Origin: Octopus vulgaris
Taxonomy: Eukaryota
Length of the DNA stretch: 64,000 bases
Direction: 5' to 3'
Assembly: GCA_951406725.2 (NCBI GenBank)
Contig: OX597816.1
Coordinates: 60,760,001-60,824,000, forward strand
Part shown: piece after piece, positions 62,957 to 64,000 of the stretch
Numbering within the stretch: position 1 is the first letter of the stretch
Layout of the letters: each line of letters begins with the position of its first letter
Position numbers and translations under genes: made by a program
The notes under the pieces: model-generated
Seen by the model: only the letters and a program-made list of their open reading frames with translations
Told to the model about the DNA's origin: nothing
The model's database searches: none

Positions 62957-64000
62957 TCACCGGTGTTGAGCCGTTACCAGTCTCTGCTCTTCTCTCTTTG
63001 TGGTAGCCCATGTTTCACTACCATATAACATTGCAGATAGAACTGTACTGTTGATGAGGTTGGCGCGGGTGGTCCTGTCCAACCTTCCTTTGAGCACATC
63101 CCTTATGCCATTAAACGTCTTCCATCCGGCCCTTACTCTCCGTGAGATTTCCTTTTCGATATCTCGGCACATATTCACTTCCTGTCCCAGGTAGACATAT
63201 TCCTTTACCTCCTCTATTTCATCACTGCCGACCACCAATCGACCTGTTGGTACGTTGCCTGACCGCATGAACTTCGTTTTCATGCGGTTCATCTTGAGAC
63301 CTACTGCAGAACTTTTGATGTCAAGCTCCGTCAGCATGGTCTGAAGCTGATCCGTGGTTTCAGCGATGAGTACGATGTCGTCAGCGAAACGGAGGTGGGT
63401 GAGGAGCTCGCCATTGATGTTGACACTGCCTTGCCAGTCAATGCCTCTGATGATCTGTTCGAGACATGCGGTGAAAAGTTTTGGGGAGATCGTATCTCCT
63501 TGCTTCACTCCCTTCTCGACAGGCACTCATACGGGTGATGACAGTAGAGCTATGTCGGTGGTACATCTGGAATTTGCCTCCCTGAGCAGTTGCACATATT
63601 GCGCCTCGACTCCTTGCCTTTCCAGCGAGTTCAGCACTGCGTTGGTTTCCACGCTATCGAAGGCCTTCTCATAGTCTACAATCACAACGCAAAGAGGCAG
63701 CTTGTACTCATTCGCTGGCTCAAGCAGTTGTGTTAGAGTAAATATATGGTCCATCGTGCTGTAGTTCTTCCGGAAGCCGGCTTGTTCCGTCGGTTGTTGT
63801 TCGTCGAGATGACGTGATAACCTGTTCAGAATTATCTTCATGAACAGCTTGTACACGTGAGACAACAGGCATATGGATCGGTAGTTCTTTAGATCTTCTC
63901 TATTGCTCTTCTTATATAGCAGGATGGTATCTGACTCTTTCCACTGCGAGGGAATTCTTCCCTCGTCTAGATAGTGCGTAAATCGCTCAGCGAGGATTAG
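62957..64000 (-). mobile_element. RTE-clade LINE RT region, continuing beyond the window
   Basis: NYRSICLLSHVYKLF, EQAGFR..YSTMDHI, DYEKAFDSVE, KGVKQGDTISPKLF, HLRFADDIVL, YVYLGQ, MLYGSETW; one frameshift near 63527. Confidence 0.92.

Overview
AT-rich, repeat-dense eukaryotic (animal) genomic DNA. The SINE/LINE repertoire and microsatellite load suggest a cephalopod such as Octopus (inference, not verified). Two spliced host genes face each other. On + are the last two coding exons of a DGAT2/MOGAT-family acyltransferase (277-476, 3441-3595). On - are ten coding exons of a TGDS-like NDP-glucose 4,6-dehydratase spread over ~47 kb (57537 down to 10905). The TGDS exon carrying the catalytic YxxxK motif is not visible and probably lies in the 100-N gap at 41267-41366; the ATG-containing first exon was not found. 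The introns hold a decayed Gypsy LTR retrotransposon (LTRs, PBS, PPT, 5-bp TSD) nested in a Penelope remnant, a near full-length L1/Tx1-like LINE, RTE-, CR1- and R4/Dong-like LINEs, a mariner fragment, two non-autonomous Helitron families each present as an inverted pair, and several tRNA-derived SINE families. The most notable non-coding signals are type I hammerhead-ribozyme-like motifs (best at 1033-1114, sense in the acyltransferase intron), a 790-bp foldback element with an 8-bp TSD (62053-62842), other long hairpins, a structured RNA module shared by two retroelements, and an iterated hairpin/pseudoknot motif in a LINE 3' tail. Exon and TSD coordinates were read base by base; other repeat boundaries are approximate and family names come from motif recognition only.
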